This document shows positions 37,046 through 51,295 of a stretch of 64,000 bases of DNA, in pieces. A program made the translations under genes and the position numbers. The stretch lies in assembly GCF_006345805.1 (NCBI RefSeq), contig NC_042997.1:103974001-104038000 (forward strand), read 5' to 3'. The notes beneath the pieces are model-generated. The model did no database searches and was not told the origin of the DNA. It saw nothing but the letters and a program-made list of their open reading frames with translations. The DNA comes from Octopus sinensis. Taxonomy: Eukaryota. Positions within the stretch are counted from its first letter, which is position 1; each line of letters starts with the position of its first letter.

Positions 37046-37684
37046 AGGTAGAGAAAGAAAGAGAGAGAGAGAGAGAGAGGGAGAGGTGTGAAAACTTCAT
37101 TGTGGACTATCTGACACTTACTGTCTGTGAGTGTGTGTGTCTCTCTCTAGGTATGTGTTTGTGTATGTATGCACATGCATGTGTATATCTGTATGTATAT
37201 GATTGTGCGCTTGATCTCTCTCGGCATACTAGCAAACCACAAAATCGCACCAGCCAGCATCACCACTACCTCCAAGGCCATCATGTATGTATGTATGTAT
37301 GTATGTACGTGTGTGTATGTAGGTATGTGTGTATTTTTGTCTGTGTTTGTCCCACCACCACCATTGCTTCACACCGATGCTGGTGCGTTTGCGTCTCTGT
37401 AATTTAGCTCTTCAGCAGAAGAGACTGATAGAATAAGCACCAGGCTTACAGGGAATAAGTCCAGGGGTCAATTTCTTCGACTAAAGGGCGGTGCTCTCGC
37501 ATGGCCACCGTCAAATGACTGAATCAAGTAAAAGAATGCAAGAAAAACTTTCTGTACCATTAAACCAAGATGGTTCTTTGAATATGTACGATGTATTCTA
37601 AGGTTAAATAATAATTCCGTTTGCGCTTGTGTAACATATTTTGGTTGGATTATATAGTTATTGGCGTTACATTACTTTCTATAT

Positions 37685-38031
37685 AGGAGCACTCCGTCAG
37701 TTGCGACGATGAGGGTCCCAGCTGATACGATCAACGGAACAGCTTGCTCGTGATATTAACGTGCAAGTGGCTGAGCACTCCATAGACACGTGTACCCTTA
37801 ACGTAGTTCTCGAGGAGATTCAGCGTGACACACAGAATGTGACAAGGCTGGCCCTTTGAAATACAGGTACAAGAGAAACAGGAAGAAAGAGCGAGAGAAA
37901 GTTGTGGTGAAAGAGTACAGCTTTAGGTGTTTTCGCTCAATAAACACTCACAATGCCCGGTCTGGGAATCGAAACCGCGATCCTCCGACCGCGAGTCCGC
38001 TGCCCTAACCACTGGGCCATTGCGCCTCCAC
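37685..38031 (-). mobile_element. Family C tRNA-derived SINE
   Basis: The minus-strand head reads GGAGGCGCAATGGCCCAGTGGTTAGGGC..GGTTTCGATTCCC. The 3' part is shared with 21790-21975. Confidence 0.88.
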
Positions 38032-38776
38032 TCATTACTTTCTATATTCTGTAACTGTCACATTATAATTTTCTATGCCTGAAATTTTTGTGGGGAGGGT
38101 GCCAGTCGATTAGATCGACCCCAGTATACAACTCGTACTTAATTTATCGAGCGCCAATGAACGAAAAGCAAAGTCGACTCCGTCAGAATTTGAAATCAGA
38201 ACGTAAAGACAGACGGTCATAATATACAAACATTTCTCATGGCACTTACATTTTTAATGTTTTCTGTGAATTTTTCACTGGTCCAGCTAGCTATTATTAT
38301 CATAGTTAGCGATCAGGTTGGACAAAATGCATATCATCATCATTTCTTCCGGCTCGCTATGTTCTGAATTTAAATTCTTCCATATTCAATTTTGCCTTTT
38401 ATACTTTAGGGCTTAATGAAAGAAATATAAGCTGAGACTGGCGGGAGGGTGGGTGGGTGTATATAATCGACTTATCACCTCTCCCTAAAAAAAAGTCTAG
38501 CCTTTTCAATTTTGGCAGCAATTTTTTAGAACTTCGATTACATCAACCACAGTACTTGTCTGGTACATATTTTATCGAATCTAAAAAGAGGAAAGGCAAA
38601 GGTGAACTCGGTGGTATTTGAACTCAGAGCGTATATAGAAATACGGGTAAGCATTTTCCCCGACGCCCTAACGATTTTTGCGAGCTCTCCACCACCGCCA
38701 CCACCACCGCCGCCGCCGCCACCACCATCACCGCTTCCTCCTCCTCGTCCTCCTCCTCCTCCTCCTCCTCCTCCTC

Positions 38777-38810
<34 letters not shown>

Positions 38811-39327
38811 AGATGATAAACGGTAATAATATTAAAAGCAAGGATAATATTATTTAGCAATAATAATGAATGTTACGGGCCAAATATTGAATAACCAATA
38901 CAGCGAGGAAACGAATGAGATAAAAAGATGGGCAGAAGCAACGAAGCCTTATGCTTCTGGTTTTACTATTACATGAATGTAAACAACGGCACCCTATTGT
39001 GCTAAGGGCATGTTTGTCACAAATCATGGGAAGTTATAACATATATAATTCGACCTTACATGACCTTTTAGAAAACATAAACTTTGAAACATTGAAATAC
39101 ACCAGGATATAGGAAGCACTAACTCAAACATTTACGCACGCATATACACCCAGTTTTACACATGTAATAATAACAGATAAACCCACACACCAGGATGGTA
39201 CTTATTATCGTTTGAGTCATAGAAAAAGCTGCTTTCTCATCGCTGGACCTGCTAGAAATAACAGCCAAATTTCTTTAAATACACCACTGTCGTAAAAGAG
39301 AAGGATGCATTGAAAAAATGAGGACTA

Positions 39328-39995
39328 TACACCTTCTCCTCGATTTACGACCTATGAGACTTACGACCATCCGCACTTACGGCCACCAAAAATAAGGAAA
39401 TAAAATAAATAAATAAATAAATAAATAAACAATAGTACTCAGAGAGCGCAACTTCCGCCAAGGCAATACCAACTTCCTCTCAGCGATTAGCCGGAGATGA
39501 TTTTTAAAGTGAGAACATCTGAAATAAACACGACTGCTCGCACACAATACTAAAACTGAACCCGACCACTCGCAAAAATTAAGTAAAAAAAAAAAAAACA
39601 AGAAAAATAATCCAGAACCCTTGTCCAGTACCGGATCGATCCCAAAATCTAATCAGTTCGTGTCAGTCACGAGGCCAAATATTCCTGAAAGTTTCATCCG
39701 AATCCATCTTGTGCACGGACAAGCACGACTGAATTTTACCTCCATCTTCGCTAATGCGGAGGTAAAATTCGATTTTCGGACGTTGGCAAGATGTGCGTAC
39801 AATAACTTTGACAGATTCTAGCAACTCAACCTCCCTCAGACCAAGGCATCCACTACTTGCCGCAGTCTCTCATTCAGTCGCCCTCAAGCATCAGTTGCGT
39901 TTGAAGGAAAATAGCGTTGAAAAATATAAATCCGACATACGACCAGATCGACTTAGGACCTGTCAGTTGGATGGAACTCCGTCGTAAGTGTATTC
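39328..39995. mobile_element. Possible pogo/Tigger-like MITE interrupted by a HINE
   Basis: The left end reads TACA..TCCTCGATTTACGAC with repeated CTTACGAC subterminal motifs. The right end reads CATACGACC..CGACTTAGGACC..GGAACTCCGTCGTAAGT. Confidence 0.45.
39428..39770 (-). mobile_element. Helentron-associated (HINE/DINE-1-like) non-autonomous element
   Basis: Has subterminal inverted repeats (CTTCCGCCAAGG and GCGGAGG), a terminal palindrome GAATTTTACCTCC..GGAGGTAAAATTC and a 3' stem-loop. It is related to 47011-47145 and 47225-47607. Confidence 0.7.
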
Positions 39996-40357
39996 CTCCA
40001 ATAAGTAGTTGTTCAGGTCTAGAAACTTATAGATCATATGTCTCCTCCTTTGAAAGAGGCCTGAGGCTAAACCATTCAAATAAAAGTATATCTTTTATTC
40101 AGCTTTCGTTTGGTCAACCTTTTCGGTAATCCCTAGTTACTAAAGTTGACCTCATTGGATGACTAATTCTATTAGGAAAAATAGAAGTAGTAGCTTTCAT
40201 TCATTTATTCTATTAAATGTTAATATAGATGAAGTGAAATGACTAATGGTTTACTACACGATTTCTCAGTTATGGTTGGTGGAACTTAAGTTGTCACTCT
40301 CTCATGAGATATATACATGATTAATTACTTCTATGTATAAGTGTGTGTGTGTGTTTA

Positions 40358-41386
40358 TCTTTATATATATAAAACTGAGAATGTGTGTCTGTCTGTCTGT
40401 GTGTTTCCCTAAAACTTGAAAACTACACAACCAATTTCATTCAAATTTTACACATGCCTTACTTAGGGTCCATGTAGTTTCATGGGCAAAAATGTTCAAC
40501 TTCTGCATAGAGCGAGCCCATAGCAATATCATATCTTTTCCACTATTTCAGTATTACGTGTTAAAAGTGAAACAAAAACATTTCTCTGTTTTGTTAGATA
40601 CTTTCACTTTAACAATAAAAATAATAATAAATATTGAATTATATGTAGTAAGTAATAATTAAAATCAAACTAAAGTATAATTTAATCGTAACATAAAAAA
40701 AGTAAAAATAGCAATTGGTATAAAATTGCATCAATGACTTGAACTTGAATAAGTGGTTTCACATGAATGGGAATAAATTAAAAATAAAATTAGCGTGCAG
40801 AAATAGAATAGTCCAGATGGATAATAAAAAATTAAATTAAAGAAAAGACTATTGTCTATAAAGTATACAATGTAGAGAAAAAAGAAGATTTGAACACCTG
40901 GAGGAAAGCACCTTCGAAAAGAGTCTTGGTGCGACTATGAAAGACATCTAATCGGAGGCGGTAAATTCGCCACAATAGAAGCAAGGTTCGAGTCAACGAA
41001 GCGTGCAAGGGAATACTCGACTCGAACTTGCAAAGTGGAAATATTTTATTTTTACCTTTATATCTGGGACGTAGGACGTCCTGGAAAAAAAATTTAAATG
41101 CCCCCCCCCCCAGAAGTTGAGGTAGGCTGGATTGTAGCCACACTTCTATACAAGAGGGAGGACAAGATTCAATTGATCGAAATTGCAAGACACGGGCTAA
41201 CAATTCCAGTCTGTTATATATTTTGAGTATTGTTATCACTAGCGATATCAAGATATAACTTTGGATTTTGTATTTTATGTGTAGATGTATATATATATAG
41301 ATGTACATATAATATGTACACATATATATTCACATATATACATGCACTAGCACTATGACCCGGCAACGACGGGTCTTTAATGCTAG
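40358..41386 (+). mobile_element. Non-autonomous Helitron
   Basis: The 5' end is A|TCTTTATATATATAAAA followed by (GTCT)n. The 3' hairpin GACCCG-GCAACGA-CGGGTC (41357-41375) is followed by CTAG|T. It is inserted between A and T with no TSD. Confidence 0.85.
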
Positions 41387-41416
41387 TATATATATATAAG
41401 TATAAATACATACATG

Positions 41417-41451
<35 letters not shown>

Positions 41452-41812
41452 CTAGTACATATTATATATTAAACATATATATATTAAGTATATATACATA
41501 TGTATATGTAGGTATGAATGGTTCTAGGCGAATTCGTCTGCAACAATTCTACAAGTTATCTGTGTGTAGTTGTATGTGTGTGTTTGTGTGGTATGTGTGT
41601 GTGCTTGTAGATGAATTGTTGAAATTGAATTGCAGACGAATTGTTGAAAAATTAGCTGAATACTAAATATTCTTTTACTTGTTTCAGCCATTTGTCTGCG
41701 ACCACGCTGGAGCACCGCCTTTAGTCGAACAAATCCACCCCAGTACTCATCTATGGGTCTCTTTTTCCGAACAGCTAAATTACGGGGATGTAAACATACA
41801 TACATACATACA

Positions 41813-41844
<32 letters not shown>

Positions 41845-41859
41845 CATACATACATATAT

Positions 41860-41904
<45 letters not shown>

Positions 41905-41929
41905 TATATTACTATTATTATTTTTATTA

Positions 41930-41961
<32 letters not shown>

Positions 41962-42275
41962 TATTATTATTATTATTATCGTCATTATTATGCATTAGAT
42001 ATATTATTAGACATTAAATATATATATGCATATATACTTACGTTTGTGTGTGTATATATATGTGCATTTTATACGCATTTGGAAAGAATACTGGTATCGT
42101 ATAGATCCTGGCTGCGTGAATAAATATTTTAAGAATTCTATAACCGATATGCTCATTTCATTTCCAGAACAAATTCTCATGTGTTGTCTTTGGCGGTGTC
42201 AAGAACACACATGCCCGACCGCGCATGCATACACACCTGCAAACACCCACTTGTATATATTTATGTATCCATCTG

Positions 42276-42365
<90 letters not shown>

Positions 42366-43615
42366 TGTTTGTGTATGTGCCTGTATGTAAGTGTTTGTGT
42401 GTGTAAGCCTGCGTGAGCAGGATTATGCTTCTGCATGTTATAGACGTATTGACTCCAAAACAGAAATTCTTCAAATATATATTTATTCGGAGTACATTCA
42501 CATACCACATGGATTATTTAATCGCAACCTTTTGCTTTCCAATTTGTGGCTAATGACCTTATAATATGTTATCAAAGACGTTGTCACTAGCAAATATTCA
42601 AAATAATTTTCTTTATAAAAAGACAATACTTAGAAATTAAAACATGCATTTTTCAAGTAAGAAGCCCTGACGAAATAAAACGTGTACGGCAGGTATAAGG
42701 ATATGTAGTGAGTACTTATATGGCATTGCGCAGAAAGTAAATCTGTGAATGAAAACAAATCATAGAAAAAGCATCCATGAAAATAAGATCAAAATAGCCT
42801 GACCATTTCTGTAAATGAAGTGACTAAATTTGACGCCATTGTTTACCAATGAAATTGAATTCCTACACCATTGCATGATAGTAATTTGATGGTTCTAAGT
42901 GTCTGGTTATTGGCCAACTCTAATGTTATCCAAGAAGTAGTCACTAGTAATATTCAAATAAATTTCCTTAAGATAGGAAAGAAAAAATGGAAAGAAAAAT
43001 GAAATCAAACTTTCCTCATATATGCATGTATATTTTTAAAATAACTAATATAAAATATGTTCGACAAAACAAAGAAATACAATGAGCATATTTTCAACAA
43101 TTTGTAACAAGTCTGTGAACGAAAATATAACAAGTTTGCTCGTATGTCATATTGCAAAATGACTGAATAAAGATTTGAAAACAGTATAATGTTAATAAAA
43201 CACGATAAAACAATACAAATGAAAAACAATCCTACATGAAATAATAAACATTTAAATTCAAGAATAAGTCTTTAAATATATAAACGAGCAGAATTTGTGG
43301 TATGCTATGCTTACTGTCATAGATTACATATCGAAGACAACTCAGACAATGAAGTACGTCTGCTAAACGAAATGAAATTATATACAAGTGAGAGTGGTTT
43401 CCAGAGCTAGAACGCACGAAAAACAAATTGCATACAGCTATTGTTGATTATGGATTAGTAAACAATGGTGTTAAACTAAGTCACGTCTTATGAAGAGCTT
43501 GTCAAGCTATTTTCAGCCGATTTCGTGCATGACTTTGATTGTAAGGTATAACTCTAATTGCTCACACAATGTTCAGATTCAATTAGGTGCATGAGCCAAT
43601 ATTTTGTGTTTGGGT

Positions 43616-44252
43616 AAAGTGGTGAGTTGGCAGAAACGTTGGCACGCCGGGCGAAATGCTTAGCGGTATTTCGTCTGCCGCTACGTTCTGAGTTCAAATT
43701 CCGCCGAGGTCGACTTTGCCTTTCAACCGTTCGAGGTCGATTAAATAAGTACTAGTTACACTCTGAGTTCCATATAATCGACTTAATCCGTTTGTCTGTC
43801 CTTGTTTGTCCTTCAGTGTGTATCCCCTTGTGGGCAGTAAAGAAATAAGAAACGTTGGCACGCCAGGCGAAATGCTTAGCGGTATTTCGTCTGTTTTTAC
43901 GTTCTGAGTTCAAATTACGCCGAGCTTGACTTTGCTTTTCATCCTTTCGGGGTCGATAAATTAAATTCTAGTTACGTACTGTGGTCGACCTAATAGACTG
44001 GCCCGCTCCCCACAAAATTCGGGCCTTGAGCCTAGAGTAGAAAAGAATATTTTGTGTTAGAGTAAGGCGGTGAGCTGGCAGAATCGTTACCGCACCTGAC
44101 AAAATGCTTAGCGGCATTTCTTCCGACTTAAATTCTGAGTTCAAATTCCGCCAAGGTCAACTTTACCTTTCATCCTTTCAGAATGGGGTCGATGTAATCG
44201 GCTTAATCCATCCCCTGACCTTGCTGGACTTGTGCCAAAGTTTAAAACCAAT
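43616..44252 (+). mobile_element. Cluster of three family A SINE units
   Basis: Units lie at 43616-43848, 43849-44048 (5'-truncated, different 3' tail) and 44063-44252. Each has a GAGTTCAAAT B box and a (G)CCTTTCATCCTTTC-type Meta domain. Confidence 0.92.
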
Positions 44253-44363
44253 ATATTTTCTGTTTTTTAGAATAATGTGTGTTCTACAGGCTTTTGTTCT
44301 ATCAGACTTCTAATACTCATTTACACGTTTGTGCATCCACGTTTTGTATGTGTGTGTGTGTGC

Positions 44364-44407
<44 letters not shown>

Positions 44408-44929
44408 TAAGAGAGTGAGAATGATAGAATTGGGATGCATAAAAAATCCTTTATCCAGTCAACAAGATATTGGACCTTTAGTTGAAATCTAAAGTGAATT
44501 GCAATTTATCACAAACAGAAAATTTTGTTCGCGTCTTCAACATTTAGCTTTCATCTGTAGCTGTAGATAAGATACCAGAGGATATGAACACCTTACCAAC
44601 CTAAGCAGTGACGAAATAACTATTTAGCTTACGGTGCAAATTGAAACTCTATCCTCAGATTTTGAGAGGTCACAAAGTTATTGATTATATTTAAGTACTC
44701 GGATGTAGTTTATTGTTTTGATCACTTTTAAAGTTTCATGCAATATACTCTAAAGAGTACTTCTACCTACAGCCGAGACAATTTAACCTATGTTTTAGCT
44801 CTGACGATGACGTGGTGAATGAATACGTGAAACGAGGATGACTGTCGGTCCTATACTAGTATGCTCAGATTTACATGGAGAACAACTTAATATACCGAAA
44901 CAGAAGGGGGTCTAAAACGCATACACACA

Positions 44930-44974
<45 letters not shown>

Positions 44975-45035
44975 CGCCGCCACTGCTGCTGCTGATTCTG
45001 TAGTTGCTTTTTATGCAGCTACTGCCACTGCTGCT

Positions 45036-45082
<47 letters not shown>

Positions 45083-45289
45083 GGATGATGATGATGATAG
45101 GAATTTCAAATTTTGACACAGAGTTAGCAATCTAAGAGGGAGCAGCTTAATCGAAACGCTGGATGTCAGTATTTTACTGGTAATCTATTTTATCGACCTC
45201 GAAATGATGAATTGTAAATTTGTTTCAGCGGCATTTGAAATCAGAGTATTTTGTTCGACGCTCAAATTATTTTGTCAGCTACTAATAAT

Positions 45290-46430
45290 ATTCATAATAA
45301 GGGTCAGGATGTCTGAAACAAATCAACTGGAGATAATGTATTCTGGGCAATGAATATGTTAGGTAAGCCAATATTGATATACTCTGCTCTTTTTTTAAAA
45401 TAGACAAAGACAAAGCTATATGAATTCAAGTTTTCACAATCATTCCTTGCTGAAAGAGAAAGAGGCAGAGGTTCATTAATTGGAGAAGAATCATCAGTGC
45501 TGTGAGTTGGAGTTTGGTAAACTACGTTATGTTATAAGAAAGTAAAACAATTATCTACGTTGAGAAATAACGAAGAAATTAATGAAACAACGAAAAATAT
45601 GAGAAGAGAAATAAGAACGAGAAGACAAATAGCTGAACAGACATGGAATTCGACGGTCAGTTCATGCAACAAACTGAGAATATTCGAAGAGAAAAGCGCT
45701 GGTCGTGGCTGATAACTGGAAACCTGGAATGCAGAATTGAATCGCTAATTATAACCGATCAAATAACAAGCCTTTAAAAAGAATTTCATAATGACAAAGA
45801 TTAATAGACCTCAGAGATGGAGTAAATAGGACGAAAGAATTAATCAGTTACTAAGTGAGTGCAGTAAGTTAACTTAGAAAGAGTATAAACACTGGTTGTA
45901 TCTATAAAAAAAGTGTTTTTGGATATTTGCATGTATGTGGATTCGAGGTGACGGAATAGTAATATACAGGCTAGCTAACGCTTGTGATGGTGAATTATGA
46001 TTACAGGATTTTATGATATTTCTCCATAGAGACTGACCTTGCTGTTGAATCTAGGGGATGGGACCAGATATCGAAGAGAAGAAACGAAGAGTGTTAAACC
46101 ACTGAACCTTATTATATTATATTGTGAATGAATGAATGAGAAGAGAACTGAGATAATTGAGAAATGTTAGGACCTACCTTGAGAGATGAAGTGATTGTGG
46201 AATACAAAGATGATATTTGTTCATGTGGTATTTGGTGCGCACAATACAACCCCAAAACCGCTATCAAAGAGTCTGAGGGGATTGGAATGAAAACATGTAC
46301 CGTGGCACACTGTACCATCCTCTATCCTAAAAGAATCTTAAGAAAGATTCTTCGGATTTGATGAGACTCAGTGTCAACAAACATCTGGATAGCATCAATG
46401 CTAAGTAATAGCATAAAAAAGCTTTTGCTA
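45290..46430 (+). mobile_element. Old, heavily decayed R4/Dong-like LINE 3' fragment
   Basis: Remnant translations are FDGQFMQQ..WSWLITGNLE..ESLII, INQLLSECSKLT*KEYK, LWNTK..VHVVFGA and CTILYPKRILRKILRI*. They are collinear with the 56508-57205 copy. Confidence 0.75.
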
Positions 46431-47010
46431 AATAATAAATTTAATGGTTTCTGATTCAGGATGGTCAGCAAATTTGAAAAGAGGAACTTAGTCTATACAT
46501 TGGACCCCAAGTACTTGAATAGTATTTCACTTTATCAACCATGAATGAATACAAAGCAAGGTTAACCTCGGCCAAATTTGAACCCAAAATCTAAAGAATC
46601 AAAATTATTAAATGATTACCACATCTAAAATGCTGCGTCGACTAATATTCAACTCAGTGCACTTGGTTAGTAATACACCAACCGATCGTAGTTTTAAATA
46701 CAGTTTCCCTGTGGTTATTTGATAGTTGAGAAAGCGATTCTAGATGAGAAGGCAATAAACTATAGTTCAGTCGATTCCTCTATTACAGTCCACAGTGAAG
46801 TTGTATAAATACGAAAGATGCTTAAGACTATCCAATATATCAAATAAAATTCATTAATTTATAAATGTACTAACGGCTAAAATTAGAATAATATTGATTT
46901 GGCTGGGACACTAGTCAAATCAATATTATCAATAGATCAATAATTTTTTTCTGTTATGTATAGAGGCCCGCCACCAGTAAATGATTTTTAGCTAGTTGAT
47001 TCGCAATACC

Positions 47011-47607
47011 AAACTAGAAAAGCTCTCGGAAACCGCAGACCACCGCCAAGCAGCTCATTTCCATCCATATACACGCATGCTGAAAATCGCCCAATTTCCA
47101 AAACCAACGCCGGCAAAAACATAACATCCTTGGCGGGGGTAAAAAAAAAAAACACAGCTATATGATTTAAAAAAAACCCTTTAAAAACTGGAATCATCCA
47201 AGTAGTCAAGGGTTATCATGTCATTCTCCGCAGACCTCCGCCAAGCAGCTCATTTTAAGATAGATATGTGAGTGAAATTACTAATAGAGAAACGAAAATA
47301 ATCTTTGGGAACAGCCATGCCACCATAGGTTACGTGCAAACGATGAACGTGGTTTCAAGGGAGTTAATCACAGAACGTAACATTGTAATACTTCATGTAA
47401 AGTAAATATAACAGATGAAAAATCGTTCCAGAATCCATAAAAATTCTCGGATCACTACCAACATTTCATCATCTGTTTCTTGTGTCATTACAAAGTTTTC
47501 CTGCAAGTTTTATCAAATACCGTTAACAACTTTGTGAGTTATTTTGCACACAAACGGACAGACGGACAAACCAACGCCAATGAAAACATAACCATGGCAG
47601 AGGTAAT
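47011..47607 (-). mobile_element. Two HINE/Helentron-type elements (47011-47145 internally deleted; 47225-47607)
   Basis: Both have CGCAGACC(A/T)CCGCCAAG at one end and AAAACATAAC..TGGC(G/A)G(G/A)GGTAA at the other. There is a GGACAGAC microrepeat, and the first copy ends in CTAG on the minus strand. Confidence 0.75.
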
Positions 47608-48224
47608 AATACTTACGATCATATGAACATATTGCTTCTGTCCCTCTGCCCTCCACCAGTCTTTCGTTCACCTTTCACTATCACATGATCCGTGACCATT
47701 CGCATCGCGTCCATTTCCTTTTTGACTCACATTTGACTCGATCGGTCACGCTTCTCTCTGTTCCTACACTTTTATTATACAGTTTGTTCTCTTCACTTTT
47801 CATATAGACTTTTCTCGTTTTCAGTCCTACATGAAATTTACCGTCGTGTTACCACATATTCATCCATCTTGAGTTACACGGCCTTTTCTCGTTGTGTATG
47901 CATAATCATCTTATTTTGTCGTGTTTATTTTCATCATTGTCGCGTACATTCGCTAGCTAATCCCAGTGGCTTCTCGAAGCTGGCGCCACCAAAAGTGAAC
48001 AACATCATCGTTAAAGGGGCGAAATTGTTATGATGTTTTGGACAATAACTGATGAGGAATTAGCTACATCTTGTAAATGAATTTTCCGTTTGTCGTGTTT
48101 ATATTAAATTTTTGGTACATTATGTGTGTATGCGTACGTGTGTGTGTGTTTGTGTGTGTATGCATGTTGTATGCATGTATAAATAAATAGATATATAAAT
48201 ACATTCGTGCACACACATATATAT

Positions 48225-48920
48225 ATATTAAGTCATTCAACTGCCTTGAAGTTTTTTAGCCGAGTAAATCGACGCCAATACTTAGTTTTTAAGACGCGGT
48301 ACTTATTCTATCGGGATCTTTTGCCAAATCGCACAGGTTGTCAAGCATAGTGAGAGACAAATACGCTCACGCACACATACAGACAAACGTATACGATGAG
48401 CTTCTTTCAGTTTTTGACTACTAAATCAACTCACAAAACTTTGGTCGGACCGAGGCTCTAGTAGATGACACTTGCCCAAAATACTACATAATGAATCTGA
48501 ACACATAGCCATGTGGTTGGGAAGTGAATTTCTCACCACACATCTTTTCCTGCACATTTAATGCCATGCCTGTGCCTATAAATCTACACCTATACCTAAA
48601 AAAACCACAGCTGCACCTGTAAAGCCATGCCTGCGCCTATAAAGCAACGCCTGCGCCTATCCTTTATCTTTACTTGTTGCACTCATTGGATTGTGGCCAT
48701 GCTGAGGGCAGCCTTGAAGTATCTTATTTAAACGGATCGACCACAGTACTTATTTTGGAAATCCGATACTGTTGGTCTCGTTTACCGAACTGCTACGTTA
48801 ATCAAATTAAATAGACGTAAACAGGTCAACGCTAGTAGAATACGGATGCCTAAAATGACGCACAGTTGGAGTGAACTCGAAGCCACTTGATGGCAAAGCG
48901 AACACTTTTACATCCTTGCT
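48225..48920 (-). mobile_element. Two diverged family B SINEs separated by a 19-bp tandem repeat
   Basis: Copies lie at about 48225-48545 and 48660-48920. GCCATGCCTGCGCCTATAA-like units lie at 48562-48660. Confidence 0.75.
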
Positions 48921-51295
48921 ATCTCAGCACGCAGTGCGAAGTATTTAGCGATATTTCGTCCTTTTTTGTGTTCTGAGTTCAAATTCCTCCGAGGTTGACT
49001 TTGCGTTTTATCCTTTCAGGACTTTATAAAATGACTGCCAGTTGAATAATGCTAGGGTGGGGGTGGGGGTCAAGGTAATTATTATTAAAAGCGGTGAGTT
49101 GGTAGAAACGTTAGCACGCCGGGCAAAATGCTTAGCTGCGTTTCGTTCATCTTAAAACTTTGAGTTCAAATTTCACTGAGGTGGGTTTTTGCCTTTTATC
49201 CTTTCGGGGTCGATAAAATAAGTACCTGTTGAGGACTGGCGTCGATGTAATCGACTAACCCCTCCCTCGAAATTGCTGGTTTTGTGCTACCATTTGAAAC
49301 CAATATTTGGGTAGTTACAAGAAATCAGTATTTGCATCCGTTAGTCAGTTTATAGGAAGTGCTGGGAATTGAATCCTTTCCATTTAATGTTGGTATGTTG
49401 TCGAGTAGTTTTATGTGTGTACATGTGTATAAAATACGTCATATAAAATTCAGAAAACAAACACTAAACTATGATAAAACAACATTTTTTTCCATAAAAA
49501 ACATGTGTTCGCAAATAAAGGTATAGAATTTTCATGACAACCGTTTATCTTTCAAAACATTGACAATTTTAGTGTCAAGTCACTTCCTTAGTATTTTTTA
49601 TCTAATCCCTACTGTGTAGATACATCCCTGTCTGTAAACGTCCGTGTATATGTAGATTTGTTTATAGAAACTGAGTGCTTTCACACACAAATACTTACGA
49701 GAGTACAACATAGATACATACACAATTACAGGCGCGCGCATTCCCGCACACATTCTCCTATTAAGCAGGAAAATATTTGCAGTGACATTCATAAGATACA
49801 AATACAAGCGCTCAAATTTTGGAGAGATACTAAAAAATGTACATAGAATTACTAACATACAAGCCACACACACACACACATATACATACTTGTATATATG
49901 TATGTATGTATGTGTGTATGGGCATGTATGTATATATGTAGGTAGGTGGGTATGTATGTAGGTACGTATGTATGTTTGTATTGTAATTCAAGAGCGCATA
50001 CTCCATCGCATAGTGGGCCATTATATACATAACAAACACATAGAAACACAAAAGCACGCATATATATACATTAATTAAGTGTTTAGTGGCATCAATGAGG
50101 GTTTGTCACCATAATAATTTCAACATCTCTTTTAATAGTTCCCTGCCAAAACGGTCTAATTCCTATTTCTTTCTTTTGTTTTTCTTTCTGTCTTGCTTTG
50201 GTTTTTCATTCGTTAGATATCCTTCATCTCGATGGATTTCACGAATAGATTCCCCACTTATTTTATGTCACGTATATATTTCTACACAGATAATGGCAAA
50301 CGGTAAAGCAAAGGCCTATATGAAAGATAGGAGGAACGCATCACAGAGCTTTACAGAAGAAAAGAAAACAGAGCAAACAAAAACAAAGTATGTGTGTATG
50401 TGTACTTGTGTTTGTGTGTGTGTTTGTGCGTGTATGGTGTAAACTAGAGAAACACGGAGAAAAGGAAAAAGAAAAAAAACACATAAGTAGTAAAACAAAG
50501 AGCGGGCAGGGAAGTCTCGATAAAGAAGCGGAAGTTATTTTTTTAAACATTTTCTATTTTTCTACTTACATATTCAGCCATACACACAAATACATATACA
50601 TACATACACACTGAGAGACATATGTATATATATATATATTTATATATGATATACATATGTATTACTTTTTTAACTTTCGTAGCTTTTGGGGCTAGGCCTG
50701 GGTAGTCATCACATCTGGATGTTTTCTTGGCCTAAAAGTCTTGCATCTTCTCCCTCCAGTCCGGCACCGAGCTATAACTTACGACCAGTGCTGCTCTTTT
50801 TCCTTTATTTCCTGTTGTTGTTGTGGTTGTTGTTGTTGTTGCAGCTGTTGGTGCTGTTGATGCTGATGATGACCATGAAACTGATGTGGAAGTGTGTTTC
50901 TGTGTTTTATTACTGTATTTCTGTTGATGTCTTATGTTAATCTGTGATGTTGTGGTTTCGGCTAAATCACTCTATAAAGGCGGAGAATAATACACAATCC
51001 ACTGTGTCTGCTAGATTTATTGACCAGCGTTTGTCGTCTTTGAAAATGAAGTTTATTGCGCTATCACGACTTATCCCGAACGAAAGTTTTATAGTGGTCT
51101 AATTTGCATGCTCTCAACATTTCACTTTCACGCACATACTCTTTCCTCCTTTTTCACAGTGTAACTTAACGCTACATCTTATCCGTGGTCGGCTTAATGA
51201 AGGAGCCTCGAACATGGTTATTCGATTCAGTAGTAACAGCATAGTCTCCTTTAAAACAACTTACCTCCTAATAACAGATCGGACAATGCGACTAA

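Noticed and set aside
38538-38826. Poly-Gly/poly-Pro ORFs
   Set aside because: They are (CCA/CCG/CCT/ACT)n microsatellites adjoining a SINE.
50680-50940. Possible exon (poly-Gln/His frame with GTAAGT donor on minus; acceptor-like TTTCGTAG on plus)
   Set aside because: There is no matching partner splice site or recognisable protein, and it is largely a (CAA/CAG) repeat.
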